This document shows, in pieces, positions 1 through 11,590 of a DNA stretch of 54,010 bases. The DNA is from Chiloscyllium plagiosum (lineage: Eukaryota). The notes beneath the pieces were generated by a model. The model did not search any database. It saw only the letters and a program-made list of their open reading frames with translations, and was not told the origin of the DNA. The DNA lies in contig NC_057720.1 of the NCBI RefSeq assembly GCF_004010195.1, forward strand, positions 14,526,975-14,580,984, read 5' to 3'. Position numbers and translations under genes: made by a program. How positions within the stretch are numbered: position 1 is the first letter of the stretch; every line of letters starts with the position of its first letter.

Positions 1-79
1 GTGGATTGCGCTTCGGCAGGTCGGTGTGGACTTGTTGGGCCGAAGGGCCTGTTTCCACACTGTAAGTAATCTAATCTAA
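1..79 (+). mobile_element. 3' end of HE1-type SINE (CR1/HER1-derived tail)
   Basis: GGGCCGAAGGGCCTGTTTCCACACTG followed by (TCTAA)n tail; matches the reverse complement of the 3' end of the complete copy at 5348-5656. Confidence 0.8.
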
Positions 80-225
80 CCATCACTTGTCCCGGTTCAT
101 TACCGAGTACCAAATCCAATATGGCCTCCCCTCTGGTCGGACAATCTACATACTGTGTTAGAAAAGCTTCCTGGACACACTGCGCAAACACCGCCCCAAC
201 CAATCTACTTGATCTAAAGAGCTTC
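80..225 (-). mobile_element. CR1 LINE fragment (endonuclease region)
   Basis: Reverse complement is nearly identical to 53668-53750, which encodes ..DLVLGNEPGQV.. Confidence 0.75.
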
Positions 226-1415
226 CAATCCTTTTGATTGGTGAACTACTCCCCTTGACACTCCAGGTGCACCACCTAAGCGAATAGCTAGCCATAATCG
301 TCCAGGCAAGCCCGAGACCCTCCAGGAGGAAGAACCCCATCCAAAACACCCTGAGTAAAGACCAAGCAAAATCGTTATCGATACGATTTGAATCTTACAG
401 TCTATTTAAGAGAATCCAAAAATTCTTTAGCCTTCTCCGGTGATCCAAAGTTGTATATGGATCCTTCGTGGTTGAAGTGCAGTGTTGCTGCGTTACACAA
501 GGAATATTGGATATTTTGGTCTCTTAGACGCTTCTTCACCTCATCCAATACCCTCCTCTTGCAGACCATGGCTGGAGAAAAATCCTGGAATAACATAATC
601 CTGGAACCCTTGTGCATCATGTCCTGGGGATCCTTCCCCAGGATTCTAGAGGCTTCCAGGAGTGTCTGCTTCTCTTTATAGCATTGGAACCGGAACAAAA
701 CTGGGCGGGGGCACTGGTCCAGCCTTGGCTTGCATGTAGCAACCCGGTGGGCCCACTCCACCGTACCTGGCCTGATCCGGACTCCAACTTTAATATTTGA
801 GGGATCCATTGCTCCAAAAAAACTGCAAGCTGGCCTTCCTCTTCCCATTCGGGAAGGCCCAGCAACCAAATATTTTTTCAACGACCCCGATGATCGAGGT
901 CATCGATGTGCTCTTCCAAGGTCCGGACTCGTGGCTCGAGAGCCCGGACCCTGCTCACAGCCAACTCGGCAGCAGTTTCCGAGGTTCGCGGCCTTTTGCT
1001 CCGCCCCTCCGACGCGTTGTTCGAGTTTTTCAATTTCTCGGTCGTGCTTCTGCAGCACAACCGAGAATGACTCCCACCTGGTCCTTGATTCTTCAATGAA
1101 GGCATCGTTCCTCTCCTGCAGCTTGTTGATCCCAAAGGTCAGGCTCGCCTTTGCAAGTACGTCCCCCGAGACGGCCGCGGACATCTCTGCTGCTATGGGA
1201 GGGGGTGGGGGAGGGGTCTCTGCCTGTTGCGAACTTCGGGAATTTTTGCCCTTAGTCATTTTAAGAACAACACCAAACTGTTCAAGTTTGATGCAAAATG
1301 ACTAAGTATGCTGGGCAAAAGCTATTTTAACTGGTATGGTGAAGGCGGGTGCCCCACTTTGCCTGAGTCTTAGGCAGAGCACTACAGACTCAGACTTGCT
1401 GGGTTGCTGCCATCT
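226..1415 (-). mobile_element. L1-clade LINE 5' end with frameshifted ORF1
   Basis: Overlapping ORFs 900-1259 (coiled coil), 617-865 (GLPE..FLEQWIPQIL) and 402-881 (PRPVLFRF..IMLFQDFSPAMVCKRR..FGSPEKAKEFL) resemble L1 ORF1p coiled-coil/RRM/CTD; AAGATGGC near the 5' end. Confidence 0.85.
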
Positions 1416-1439
1416 TGAATCTCCTACCAAACCTTCAGA

Positions 1440-2985
1440 GCATACTTGTGTTTGGCAGGAGCCAAATTCTGGGAAACACATGCTATCGAGCTTTCCTCTC
1501 TGTTGAGCCCCAGATAACATATGAGGAGGCATCACATGTCAGCATCACCTCTTGCCTGGGATTGTAATGAGCCAACACCTTAGATGACGGCAGCTGCTTT
1601 TTCACTTCCCTCAAGGCTACCTCTTGGCTCCATGATCATTTCCAAGGCTGACCCATTTTACACATTCAATAGCAGGTATAAGGGTGCAAAGACGGAGACC
1701 ACATCATGTATGAATTTTCTATACTAATTCCCCAACCCAAGAAAAGACCTAAGCTCCAGTACAGACATGGGAGCCGGGGCATCTTTGATTGCTCTTGCTT
1801 TATCTTCCAATGGGTGTAACCTGGTCTTGTCGATTCTGTAGCCCGCATAGGTCACTCGGGATGTCTGAAACAGAATTTTTCCTCTTAAGGCATACGCCCA
1901 CCTGGGAGAAATGTTTAAGCACTATGTCCAAATTCTCTAAATGCTCTTTATTGGTATTCCTGGCTATTAGCACACCATCCAGATAAATGGCAGCCTAGAG
2001 TAGACCTTTTAAAATGCACTCCACTGTCCGCTGGAAAAGGATGCAGACAGATGATAACTCAGATGGCAGTACTGTATGTTGGTACAAGCCCTTATGGGCA
2101 TTAACTGTGGTGTACTTCTGGAACCCTTCATATAGTCACAGTCGCAGGTATGTATGGCTCATGGCCAGCTTCATAAAGGACAGCAGCCACCCCTTGCTGG
2201 TTTTGTGAACAAGTACATAGTGTAAGGGATTGGGTTTTTATCCAGCTGCATGGAGTGGTTTACTATTTGCTTACAATCTTCACTTACCAAATGGTCTCTT
2301 AGCATCTCGTTCAGGGTTAATCCAAAGTCACATGCTTTTGCCAGTCATCTTAACCTTGTCAAAAATCCCGATACAGATTCCCCTGGTCCTTGAACAGCCG
2401 AATAAAACCGATAGCATCTCAGAATTAGAGGAGGCTTGGTTTCTAATATTACTTAAATAAATCAGTCAATTATTGAAAGATTTTAATATATAGTGCCTTA
2501 GGAAAATTTAAACTCCTAATAATCGAAAATTTAGGTCCACTAGCAGTCAGAAGGATTACTTGTTGCTTTTCATCTACTCCAATGCCATTTGACTGGAAAA
2601 AATAATGCATTCTTTCCACATCCTGAGCCCAGTCTTCAAGGGCAGGATTGAAAGAGTCAAGCTTCCCAAGTAATGGCATGATGCCAGAAATTCTTAGATG
2701 ACTCGAAGATGACTGTCACCAGTGTATTTTCTTCAGAAGCTTACTGTTGTCTCTCGTTGCCAGTGAAATAACTTCACGGAGGTCAGTACTCTGTCACCAA
2801 GTCAACCTTTATTTACATGCACACAGTACACAGGCTCTGACTGTCCAATTCAGAGCCAGTTCCTAGAATGAGGAGACCTTCTGATACTCATGTTTATCTC
2901 TGTCAGCTAGGGCTCCCTGATTGGCCCAGGTGAACAACCCCAATCAAGGATCTCATGGTTAATCTGGCACTATGGATCAACTACA
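1440..2985 (-). mobile_element. Degenerate, internally deleted Gypsy (Mag-like) LTR retrotransposon: LTR, PBS, gag start, RT remnant
   Basis: ORF 2470-2679 MPLLGKLDSFNP..EDWAQDVERMHYFF..QVILLT is a Mag-like gag N-terminus; TGGCAACGAG PBS-like motif at 2762-2753; RT-like remnant (THKGLYQ..FQRTVE..IYLD) on the minus strand near 1900-2110. Confidence 0.75.
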
Positions 2986-3732
2986 TAGAATACATATGTG
3001 ACGCTAACCTTATTTTTTGCCTGCCTGTTAAAGTAGATATTTAAGATCCCATGGCAACTATTCAGTCAAGAGCAGAGGCACACTCTTGATGTCCTAGCCA
3101 ACAGTTACCTCTCGACAGATTGCAGGTCATTTATCTCACTGCCATTTGTAGAACCTTGCCATGCAAAAACTGCATGCTACATATGCCAACATTATAACAG
3201 TAATCATGCTTCAACAGTATTTTATGGGTTTTGAAATTCTTTGGAATGTTCTGGAAATATAAAAGAAGCTATATCAATTATATTGTATTCTAAATGCTCC
3301 TCCAGCCCTAAACCCAGCTAGAACCCTCACTCTTACATTTCTGGGATTTTCTGCATCCTCAATTTTTATTGCTCCATCTTTGGTGGCCACGCCCTCAGCT
3401 TTCTAGGGCATAATTTCTGACCTTCCCTTCATAAACCTCAACGCCTTTCTCTTTTTCTCTAAAGTCCCTCTTTGACAAAAGGTCACCCAACCTGATAGCT
3501 CCTTATGTGTTTCTGTTTAAACGTTTGTCTCATAACATTCATGTGAAGCTTCCTTGGATGATTTAATACAGTAAAGGCACTATATAAGTGAAAGTTGTCA
3601 TTGTTATTGTTATAAAGCGGAGGTTAACCCCCCCACGCCACCAAGAACAAAAGCCAAAACACCCAAAGAGGAGCACCTTACCCAATAATCTGTAAAAAGA
3701 GTGTGAAAAGTGTGTAACTTGTTTTTCAACCA

Positions 3733-3952
3733 TGATGTGGAGTGCTGGTTTTGGACTAGGGTGTACAAAGTTAAAAATCACACAAGACCAGGTTATAGTC
3801 CAATTGCATGACACTGTGATCTTTTGCTAGAAATTCTGTGTCTTATGATCCTTCCCCACTAGTTACCTGATGAAGGAGCAGTGCTCTGAAAGCTAGTACT
3901 TCCAAATAAACCTGTTGGACTATAATCTGATGATGTATGATTTTTAACTTTG
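3733..3952. mobile_element. Penelope-derived short element with inverted arms and hammerhead core (family B)
   Basis: Arms CAAAGTTAAAAATCACACAAGACCAGGTTATAGTCCAA / TTGGACTATAATCTGATGATGTATGATTTTTAACTTTG; homologous to 17748-17877 and 52378-52522. Confidence 0.75.
3864..3898 (+). ncRNA. Minimal hammerhead ribozyme motif
   Basis: TAC-CTGATGA-A-GGAGC-AGT-GCTCT-GAAA-GCTA-GTA; stem I TAC/GTA can pair. Confidence 0.6.
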
Positions 3953-4518
3953 CTTTTCAGCAACTTTTAGTGGTTGAATAAAATAAATCCCTGACACTCA
4001 CCTCAAAATCAACAAATAATAATTTAATTATCTAAATCTAATTGTACACAAATTAACTAAACTATTAACAAACCAAATAAAATCCCTTCCAACTACTGAC
4101 TATTCCCAAATAAAACAAAATTCTAATGGTAAGCTGTTCCAATACATACAAGCCCCACTCAGATACACGAAAAAAAACAATGTAGTCTCTTGAAATTACA
4201 GCCAGGTTACGTGTCTTCCGGAATGTTCTGTGCCTTCTCCATTGATTCATCTGTCAGGAATGTCTTCTCTGTCGTTGGTACCACTGTTAATTATACAATG
4301 CTATCTCTAATACACAGATGACTGCGAGAGCCAGCGATTCTCTTTCAAGAGCTGAGGACTGTTAGCTCTGGTGGATGGCAGCTTGCTCTGGGCTCTTTGT
4401 CCAGCTGGCCCCTTCTTTTATACCCTTATTGACATATCAATTTTTCTTGCAATAGGATTGGTCCTATCTTGTCAAAACCATCAGATTTAAATTTAATAGG
4501 TTTTTTGTATTTAAGTAG

Positions 4519-4612
4519 GTAAAAACAAGGACTGGAGATGCTGGAAACTAGAGTCTAGATTAGAGTGGTGCTGGAAAAGCACAGCAGGTCAGGCAGCTTC
4601 CGAGGAGCAGGA
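4519..4612 (-). mobile_element. Penelope 3' tail fragment (family A), no ribozyme core
   Basis: Homologous to 7560-7650; degenerate flanking direct repeat TTTT(G)GTATYTAAGT. Confidence 0.65.
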
Positions 4613-5347
4613 CTTTTGGTATCTAAGTGCCTTGTTCAAATTGATTGGCTAAATTCAAAAGCCTGTCACCTTAGTAAAAACTGCAGCTTGGCCACTTAAC
4701 TGTTCAGTTGGCCTTTCAAACTCAAACTTGCTCACAGACATCTATTTTAATCTCTAAACATAAAAAATGCACCATCTTTTAAGAGACCATGCAATACTTT
4801 CCCCATTTTACAAACATCAGATTCTAACTTCCTGCCTCCCAATCTATGATTACTTCACCCAACTTTGAAACAGTTATTCTTCTTGCCACTCAAAAGTGTT
4901 TTGTTTACTTAAGAGTGAAGAGATATACTAACGCAAATGCATAATGTAAATGCAAATATTATTGGACCTCAGTAGGTATAATTACATTTCAAGCTTACAG
5001 ATTAATTTGCCAAAATGATTTTTTCATTTTTTACACATTGAACAGATGTTTATTGAAAGTAATTCTCATAACCGAAAATACCAGATAATATTTATATCTA
5101 ACACATTAAATCAGCAGATAAATAAAACAACTTGCACATCATCCTACTCACAATCAGGGACACCACAGATGATCTACTGTTTTGTTTTGTAAATTACTGC
5201 AAAACTAGACATTGTTGTTTTTAGTATTTTCCAAAGAACAATGCAATATTTTCCATTGACTACACTCGATCTGGTAGCAAGCAGGTAAACGTTTGGTGAT
5301 GTGGCAGATTCTGGCTAGTATCAGTGCAACTGTCTTCCGGCTGGAAT

Positions 5348-5656
5348 TAGTAGATTTAGATTACATGCAGTGTGGAAACAGGCCCTTCGGCCCAACAAGT
5401 CCACATCGAACCGCCGAAACGCAACCCACCCATACATTTACCCCTTACCTAACACTATGGGCAATTTAGCATGGCCAATTCACCTGACCTGCACATCTTT
5501 GGACTGTGGGAGGAAACCGGAGCACCCGGAGGAAACCCACGCAGACACGGGGAGAACGTGCAAACTCCACACAGTCAGTCGCCTGAGGCGGGAATTGAAC
5601 CCAGGTCTCTGGCGCTGTGAGGCAGCAGTGCTAACCACTGTGCCACCGTGCTGCCC
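5348..5656 (-). mobile_element. Full-length HE1-type SINE (tRNA head, V-domain, CR1 tail)
   Basis: A box GGCACAGTGG, B box GGTTCAATTCC, V-SINE core GGGTTTCCTCCGGGTGCTCCGGTTTCCTCCCACA, tail GGGCCGAAGGGCCTGTTTC plus TCTAA-type repeats. Confidence 0.9.
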
Positions 5657-7559
5657 ACTTCGAGATGAGAACATGGAAAAGAAATCTTGAAGTACCTTTC
5701 CCTCCATAGTTTGATAAAATTTATGGGTGACCAAATTAGTTTGGCTGTCCAGAATCTGACTTGTAGCTAGAAAAATAAAATGCAGGCTGAGAATCTATTC
5801 TACAAAGTCAGGAAGTAGAACGTTAGCTTTGCAAAGTGATATTCAAAGAGTAATTAGCTCTCTTGGGACAATACACTCAAAAGCTATTCTTATTGGTGTT
5901 TACAATGGAAGACCACTAAAGATTTGAAAAACATATTTGGAGAGACAGTATAAGATATATACAAAAATAAACTCTTGAGCCTGCGTCCATCATTCTTCAG
6001 AATTCTGCAGCTTTATGGAGGTTGCAATTATCTTGATTTGTCCATTAAGAGCTGCTCTTTAAAGGAAGTGTCAGAATGGCAGCTATTCATTGCATTTGTG
6101 CTTCAGATGACCCATGAGCATTGCCACAGAAGATTCACTAATAGTACATTCAGGTCATGTTTTCAGACAAATTTTTTTATTTGTCTAAATTTAACCTGGT
6201 TATTTCCTGGAAATGTTTAAGTCAACCACTTTAGACATAAAACAAATTATCTTATTTTTTCTCCAGTTACCAATGTTGGCATATTGATTTTCTTATGTTC
6301 CATTTGCTATGATATATTTACATCCATTATTGAAAATAAAATATTTATATGTTCCACTTTAAAATATTTACACATTTTGTGCTGTAATATACAGAATATT
6401 GATACAAAAATATATTTTATACAGAAACATTTGATTCTTAGCAAGCAATGATAGAGGATTTATTCGCATAATGAGTGCTATTGCAACAGCAATTTGCATT
6501 CATGTAACAAAATAAAATATCCGATGATGCTTCAAAAAACTTTACCAGACAAAATGTGTCAGACCATTACGACACACAATTAACTATTTAGACAGGTCAC
6601 CAAAATTTAGTTGAAAGTTTTAAGGAGTGTCTTAAAGGAGTGGAGAGAGATACATAGGTTTAAGGAGGAAATTCTAGAGTTTGTATCCTAAAATGAAGAG
6701 TTTGTGGTTGGCAATGTTGAGGCAAAGAAAATTGAGGAGCAGTGGATTTGGAAAGTTTAATTATGAAAAGGTCTTACATAAATATAGGTTGTTGCTAAGG
6801 GTTAGAAAGAGTTGGCATTATAATTGAGCACAAACATGATAGGAAATTAACTTTGACCTATGTATGGTTACCATAGATTTAAAACTCCCTGAAGAGGTTG
6901 GAAACCATTACACGTGCTCGGGCTATGAAAATTATTGGATAGCAGAAGGTTGCATTAAACATTCTGACTTCTGAAAAAGTTAACTGCAATTATAAATGTT
7001 ATGTGCAACATTCAGTGTTGGAAGAAACTTATTTAGTTAACACCTTATGTAGTATCAACATCAACTGGTCATACAACATATTTATAGACATTTTATGCAT
7101 GAAGTTTATTTTTGGGAAAAAGAAACAATATTTTGAAGATTTGTTTGTTCACTTGTGGGACATGGCTATTACTGGCTGCGATTTATTGCCCATCCCTATT
7201 TGCCCTTGAAAAGAAAATGGTGAAATGCCTTTTGGACCCGCGGTCCATGTGTCATAGGTAAATACGCAGTGCTGCGAGAGAGAAAATTCCAGGATTTTGA
7301 CCCAACGACACTGAAGGAATGGCGATATATTTCTAAGCCTAAATTGTAAACCCCTTTAGAGGGGGAACTAGCAGGTGGTGGTGTTCTCATACATCTGCTC
7401 CCCTTGTCCTTCTAGATGGTAGTAGTCATCAGTTTGGAAGGCGCTGTCTCAGAATCTATGGTAAATTTCTGCAATGTATCTTGCACACATTGCTGCTATT
7501 GAGCATTAAGAGGGAATGGAGGGAATGGATGTTTGTGAATGTGGTACCAATCAAATGGG

Positions 7560-8089
7560 GTAAAAACAATGACTGCAGATGCTGGAAACCAGATTCTGGA
7601 TTAGTGGTGCCGGAAGAGCACAGTAGTTCAGGCAGCATCCAAGGAGCTTCGAAATCGACGTTTCCGGCAAAAGCCCTTCATCAGGAATAAAGGCAGTGAC
7701 CCTGTAGCGTAGAGAGAGATAAGCTAGTGGAGGGTGGGGGTGGGGAGAAAATAGTATAGAGTACAATAAAAGGGTGGTGGAGGGGATGAAGGTGAAGGAG
7801 GCCCAGGACCTCCATGTCCTCGGCAGAGTGGGAGGGGGATTTGAAATGTTGGGCCACGGGACGGTGTGGTTGATTGGTGCGGGTGTCCCGGAGATGTTCC
7901 CTAAAGCGCTCTGCTAGGAGGCGCCCAGTCTCCCCAATGTAGAGGAGACCGCATCGGGAGCAACGGATACAATAAATGATATTAGTGGATGTGCAAGTAA
8001 AACTCTGATGGAAATTTCTCATGCTTCATGTTGGAAGGCTCCTTTAGGGCCTTGGAGAGCGGTGAGGGAGGAGGTGTGGGCGCAGGTTT
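7560..8089 (-). mobile_element. Penelope-like element 3' part: GIY-YIG endonuclease, hammerhead and tail (family A)
   Basis: ORF 7681-8022 FTCTSTNIIYCIRCSRCGLLYIGETGRLLAERFREH..PVAQHF is the PLE GIY-YIG domain. Confidence 0.9.
7653..7687 (-). ncRNA. Minimal hammerhead ribozyme motif
   Basis: Minus strand TTC-CTGATGA-A-GGGC-TTTT-GCCG-GAAA-CGTC-GA. Confidence 0.65.
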
Positions 8090-9339
8090 GGCTGTTTTGT
8101 CCTGGATGGTGTTGAGCTGCTTGAATGTTGTTGCAGCTGCACTCATTGAAGCAAGTGGGCAGTATTCCATCACACTCCTCATTTGAGCATTGTAACTGGT
8201 AAACAGGCTTTGCAGTGCCAGGGTGTGAGTTACTTGCTGTAGTATTCCTCACCTTCAAACTGCTTTTGGAACCACAGTATTTATATGGTGAGTCCAGTTT
8301 ATTTTCTGGTCAATGGTAACCCCAGGATATTGACAGTGGAGGATTCAGTGATGGTAATACCATTGAATGGCAATGGTTAGATTGTTTCTTATTGGAAATG
8401 GTCTTTGCTTGGTATTTGTATGGCATGAATGTTACTTGCCATTTTTTAGCCCAAGTCTGGATATTGTCCAGGTCTGGCGGCATGAGCTGATTTGGTATCT
8501 GAGGAGTCATGAATGGTACTGAACATTGTCTGGTCATCAGAGAACATGCCTACTTCTGACCTTATGATGGAAGGAATTCATTGATGGAGAAGCTGAATAT
8601 GGTTAGACCCAGGACATTAACCTCTGGAAGTCCTACAAAGGTGTTCTGAAGCTGAGATGACTTAACTCCAACAACCAAAACCACTTTCTACGTGCTTGCT
8701 ATAACTCCAACCAGGGAAGAGCTTTCCCCTCCAGTTTTACTAGGGTTTCTTGATGCCACACCTGGTCAAATGCAGCCTTGATGTCAAGGCCTGTCACTCT
8801 CACTTCACCTCTAGAATTCAGCTCTTTTGTCCATGTTTAAACCAACACTGTAATGAGGTCAGGAACTGAGTAGCCCAAACTGGGTATCAATAAACAGGTT
8901 AGTGCTGAGTGGATTTGGCTTGCGTTTTGCATACAGGACATATCTGGGCAAATTTTCACTTTGTTGGGTAGATGCTAGTGTTGTGTCTGCACTTGAATTG
9001 CTTGGCCAGGGGTGCAACAATTTCTGCAGTACAAGTTCTTCAGTACTATTGCCGGAATATTGTCACACCCATAGCTTTTGCAGTATGCAGTACCTCCAAG
9101 AATTTCTTGATATCATAAACAGTGAAATAAGTTGACTGAAGACTGTGTAGTGGGGGATCTTTGGAGAAGGCCTTGGTTTGGGCTGTTAATAGTAAAAATA
9201 TATGAAAATAATATGAGATTGAGGCTGTAAGTAGATGAGCTTTGTGAAAGTTAGTTTGTGTAGTTTGTGGGAGAAATTTCTCATGCTTCATGTTGGTTGT
9301 AAAATTTCCAGTTTGCTGGTACCGACTGCTGCCTCCCCT

Positions 9340-10815
9340 TCACCATGCATTTGCAATTCCTCTACAAATACATCCCTCATCAGAATGGGCTAAGGGCTAT
9401 CCACTTCTTCCTTGAGAGAAGACCTGAACTGTCTCCATGCATCACTTCCCTCCTCCGCCTGGCCAAGCTCATCCTTGCTTTGCACAACGTCTCCTTTAAC
9501 TCCTCTCATTTGCATCAGGGCAAAGGTGTGGCCATGGTTACCCAAATGGGCCCCAATTATGCCTATCTCTTTCTGGGTATGAGGAAATTTCCTTATTCCA
9601 GTCCACGTGGATTCCTCCCCACAAGTCTTTCTCTGATGCATTGAATACATCATTGGTGCACCTTCCCTCTCTTGTCCATAATTGGAAAGATTTATCAACT
9701 TTGCTTCTACTTTCCATCCTGGTCTCATCTTCAACTGGTCCATCTCCAACTCCTCCCTTCCCTTCCCTTCCTTAACATCTTGGTTTCCATGTCCAGGAAA
9801 GGCTGCCCTGATATCTATTGTAAACCCACTGACTCCCACAGTTATCTTGACTATACATCCTCATACCCTGCCTTCTGTAAGGACTCCATTCCATTCTCCC
9901 AGTTTCTCCGTCTCCATTGCATCTGTTTTGATGATGTCACCTTCAATGTGGAAGGCCTCAAAAATGTCTATAACGATAGGCTCCCCTGGTCTTCATTTTC
10001 CATTCCACCAACCTTTGCATCCAAATGATAGTTAGCTGCCAGTTCCACCGCCTCCAACAAATGCCACCACATTTTATTTTATTCATTCACAGTACATGGG
10101 TGTCACTGGCCAGGTCAGCATTTACTGCTCAGCCCTAATTGCCCAGTGGGCAGTTAAGAGTCAAACATGTTGTTATGGGTCTGGAGTCACATGTAGGACA
10201 GATCAGGTAAGGACTGAAGACTTTGTTCCCTAAAGGATATCAGCAAGCCAGATGGCTTTTTCATACAATTGATAATGGTTTCATAGTCATCATTAGACTC
10301 TTATTCCAGCTTTGTTATGGAAGTCAAATTCCACCATCTGCAATGGCTATATTCAAAGCCAGGCCCCCAGAATATGATCGGAGTCTCTGCATTAATATCA
10401 TTTGGTCATTGCCACCCTACCCCTTCCTTGTTAGCATTCCACAGAGGGCGTTCCCTCTGGGACATCCATGCATTGGAGAAGATGCAACACTTGACTGACT
10501 ACCTCTTCGCTCTTCACTATCCAAGTCCCCAGACATATCTTCTAGATGAAACAACAATTTACCTGCACTTCATTCAGCTTAGTCTACAGTATATTTTGCT
10601 CACAATGTGGAGACAAAATATGGACTAGGCGACCACTTTGTGAAAAACCTACAGTCTGTCCATAGAAATGACCCCAAACTTCCAGTTGCCTGCCACTTCA
10701 ATGTGACACTGTGTTTCCATGCCAACATTTCTGTCTCAGGCCTGCTGCAGTGCTCCAGCGAAGCTCAGGAGGAACAACACATCATCTTTTACCTAGATAC
10801 CTTTTAGCCTTCAGG
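9340..10815 (+). mobile_element. Old Penelope-like element, frameshifted RT and GIY-YIG, interrupted by a SINE at about 10075-10410
   Basis: LYKYIPH..GVAMVTQMGPNYAYLF; ERFINFASTFHP..SISNSSLPF; YCKPTDSHSYLDYTSSYP..SIPFSQFLRL; ETKYGLGDHF..PVACHFN. Confidence 0.85.
10075..10410 (-). mobile_element. SINE-like interspersed repeat
   Basis: Homologous to 45310-45625 (GGGTCTGGAGT..CATGTA..GTAAGGA..TTCCCTAAAG); interrupts Penelope coding sequence. Confidence 0.55.
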
Positions 10816-11590
10816 ATCAAATTCCTCTCATGTCTTGCAGCCTGTTCCTGCTCCCGCTCTCATCACTGGCCACCTCAGGCTGCCTACTCCTGCTCTTGCC
10901 ACTGGTTGCCTTGTGCTGCCTGCTCCCGTTTTCACTGTTGGCCACCTCAAGTTGCCTGCTTTCGTTGCCAACTGCCTCGGGCTGGCTTCTCCTGCACTCC
11001 TGTTAAAGTCCTGTTCTGGTATCACTCCAGGCCTCCAGCTGCTACCATATCCTGAACCACTCTCTGTACAAAGACGTTACCCCTCATGTCCTTTCTCCTT
11101 TTCCCTTTAAAAATATGTTCTGTAGTTCTTAATTCCCCTACCATAGAGAAAAGACTCTTGTCAATCACCCTGTCTATGCCCTTCATGATTTTATAAACCT
11201 CAAAAACGTCAGCCTTCAACCTCCTATGCTCCAGTGGAAAAATCCCAGCCCTTCCAGTCTATTTTTATATCTCAAACCTTCCATTCCCAGTAACATCTTG
11301 GTAAATCTTTTCTAAACCCTCTTCAGTCTAATAATATCCTTCCTATAAAAGGGAAACCAAAACTGTACACTGTACTGCAGAAGCGGCCTCATCAATGTCT
11401 CATACAACCTCAAAATGACGTCCAAACTCCGATAAGTATGATCCCTGAAGACAAATATGCTAAATGCCTTCTTAACAACCCTCTACCGGTACTACAAATT
11501 TCAAAGAATTACGTACCTGACGTCCTAGGTCTCCCCGTTCTACAACACTACCCACAGCCCCACCATTAATTGTATAAGTCCTGTCCTTGG

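Larger units (their letters stand above)
3608..4816 (-). mobile_element. Probable solo LTR carrying two nested Penelope-derived insertions
   Basis: TGTT...AACA termini; TATAAAA (about 4416-4422) and CCAAT (about 4457) on the minus strand; no ORF. Classification is inference. Confidence 0.4.
7140..9180 (-). mobile_element. Old CR1/L2-group LINE (RT plus 3' UTR), split by a Penelope insertion at 7560-8089
   Basis: DLDNIQTWAKKWQVTF (8310-8537) and RSVMEYCPLASMSAAATT (7982-8182); homologous to 23330-23995. Confidence 0.7.

Noticed and set aside
730..1305. 191-aa + strand ORF
   Set aside because: Antisense shadow of the L1 ORF1 remnant
5580..5656. tRNA gene (also 15300-15370, 19960-20020, 25380-25440, 42630-42690)
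   Set aside because: A/B boxes are SINE heads continuing into SINE body; no complete cloverleaf
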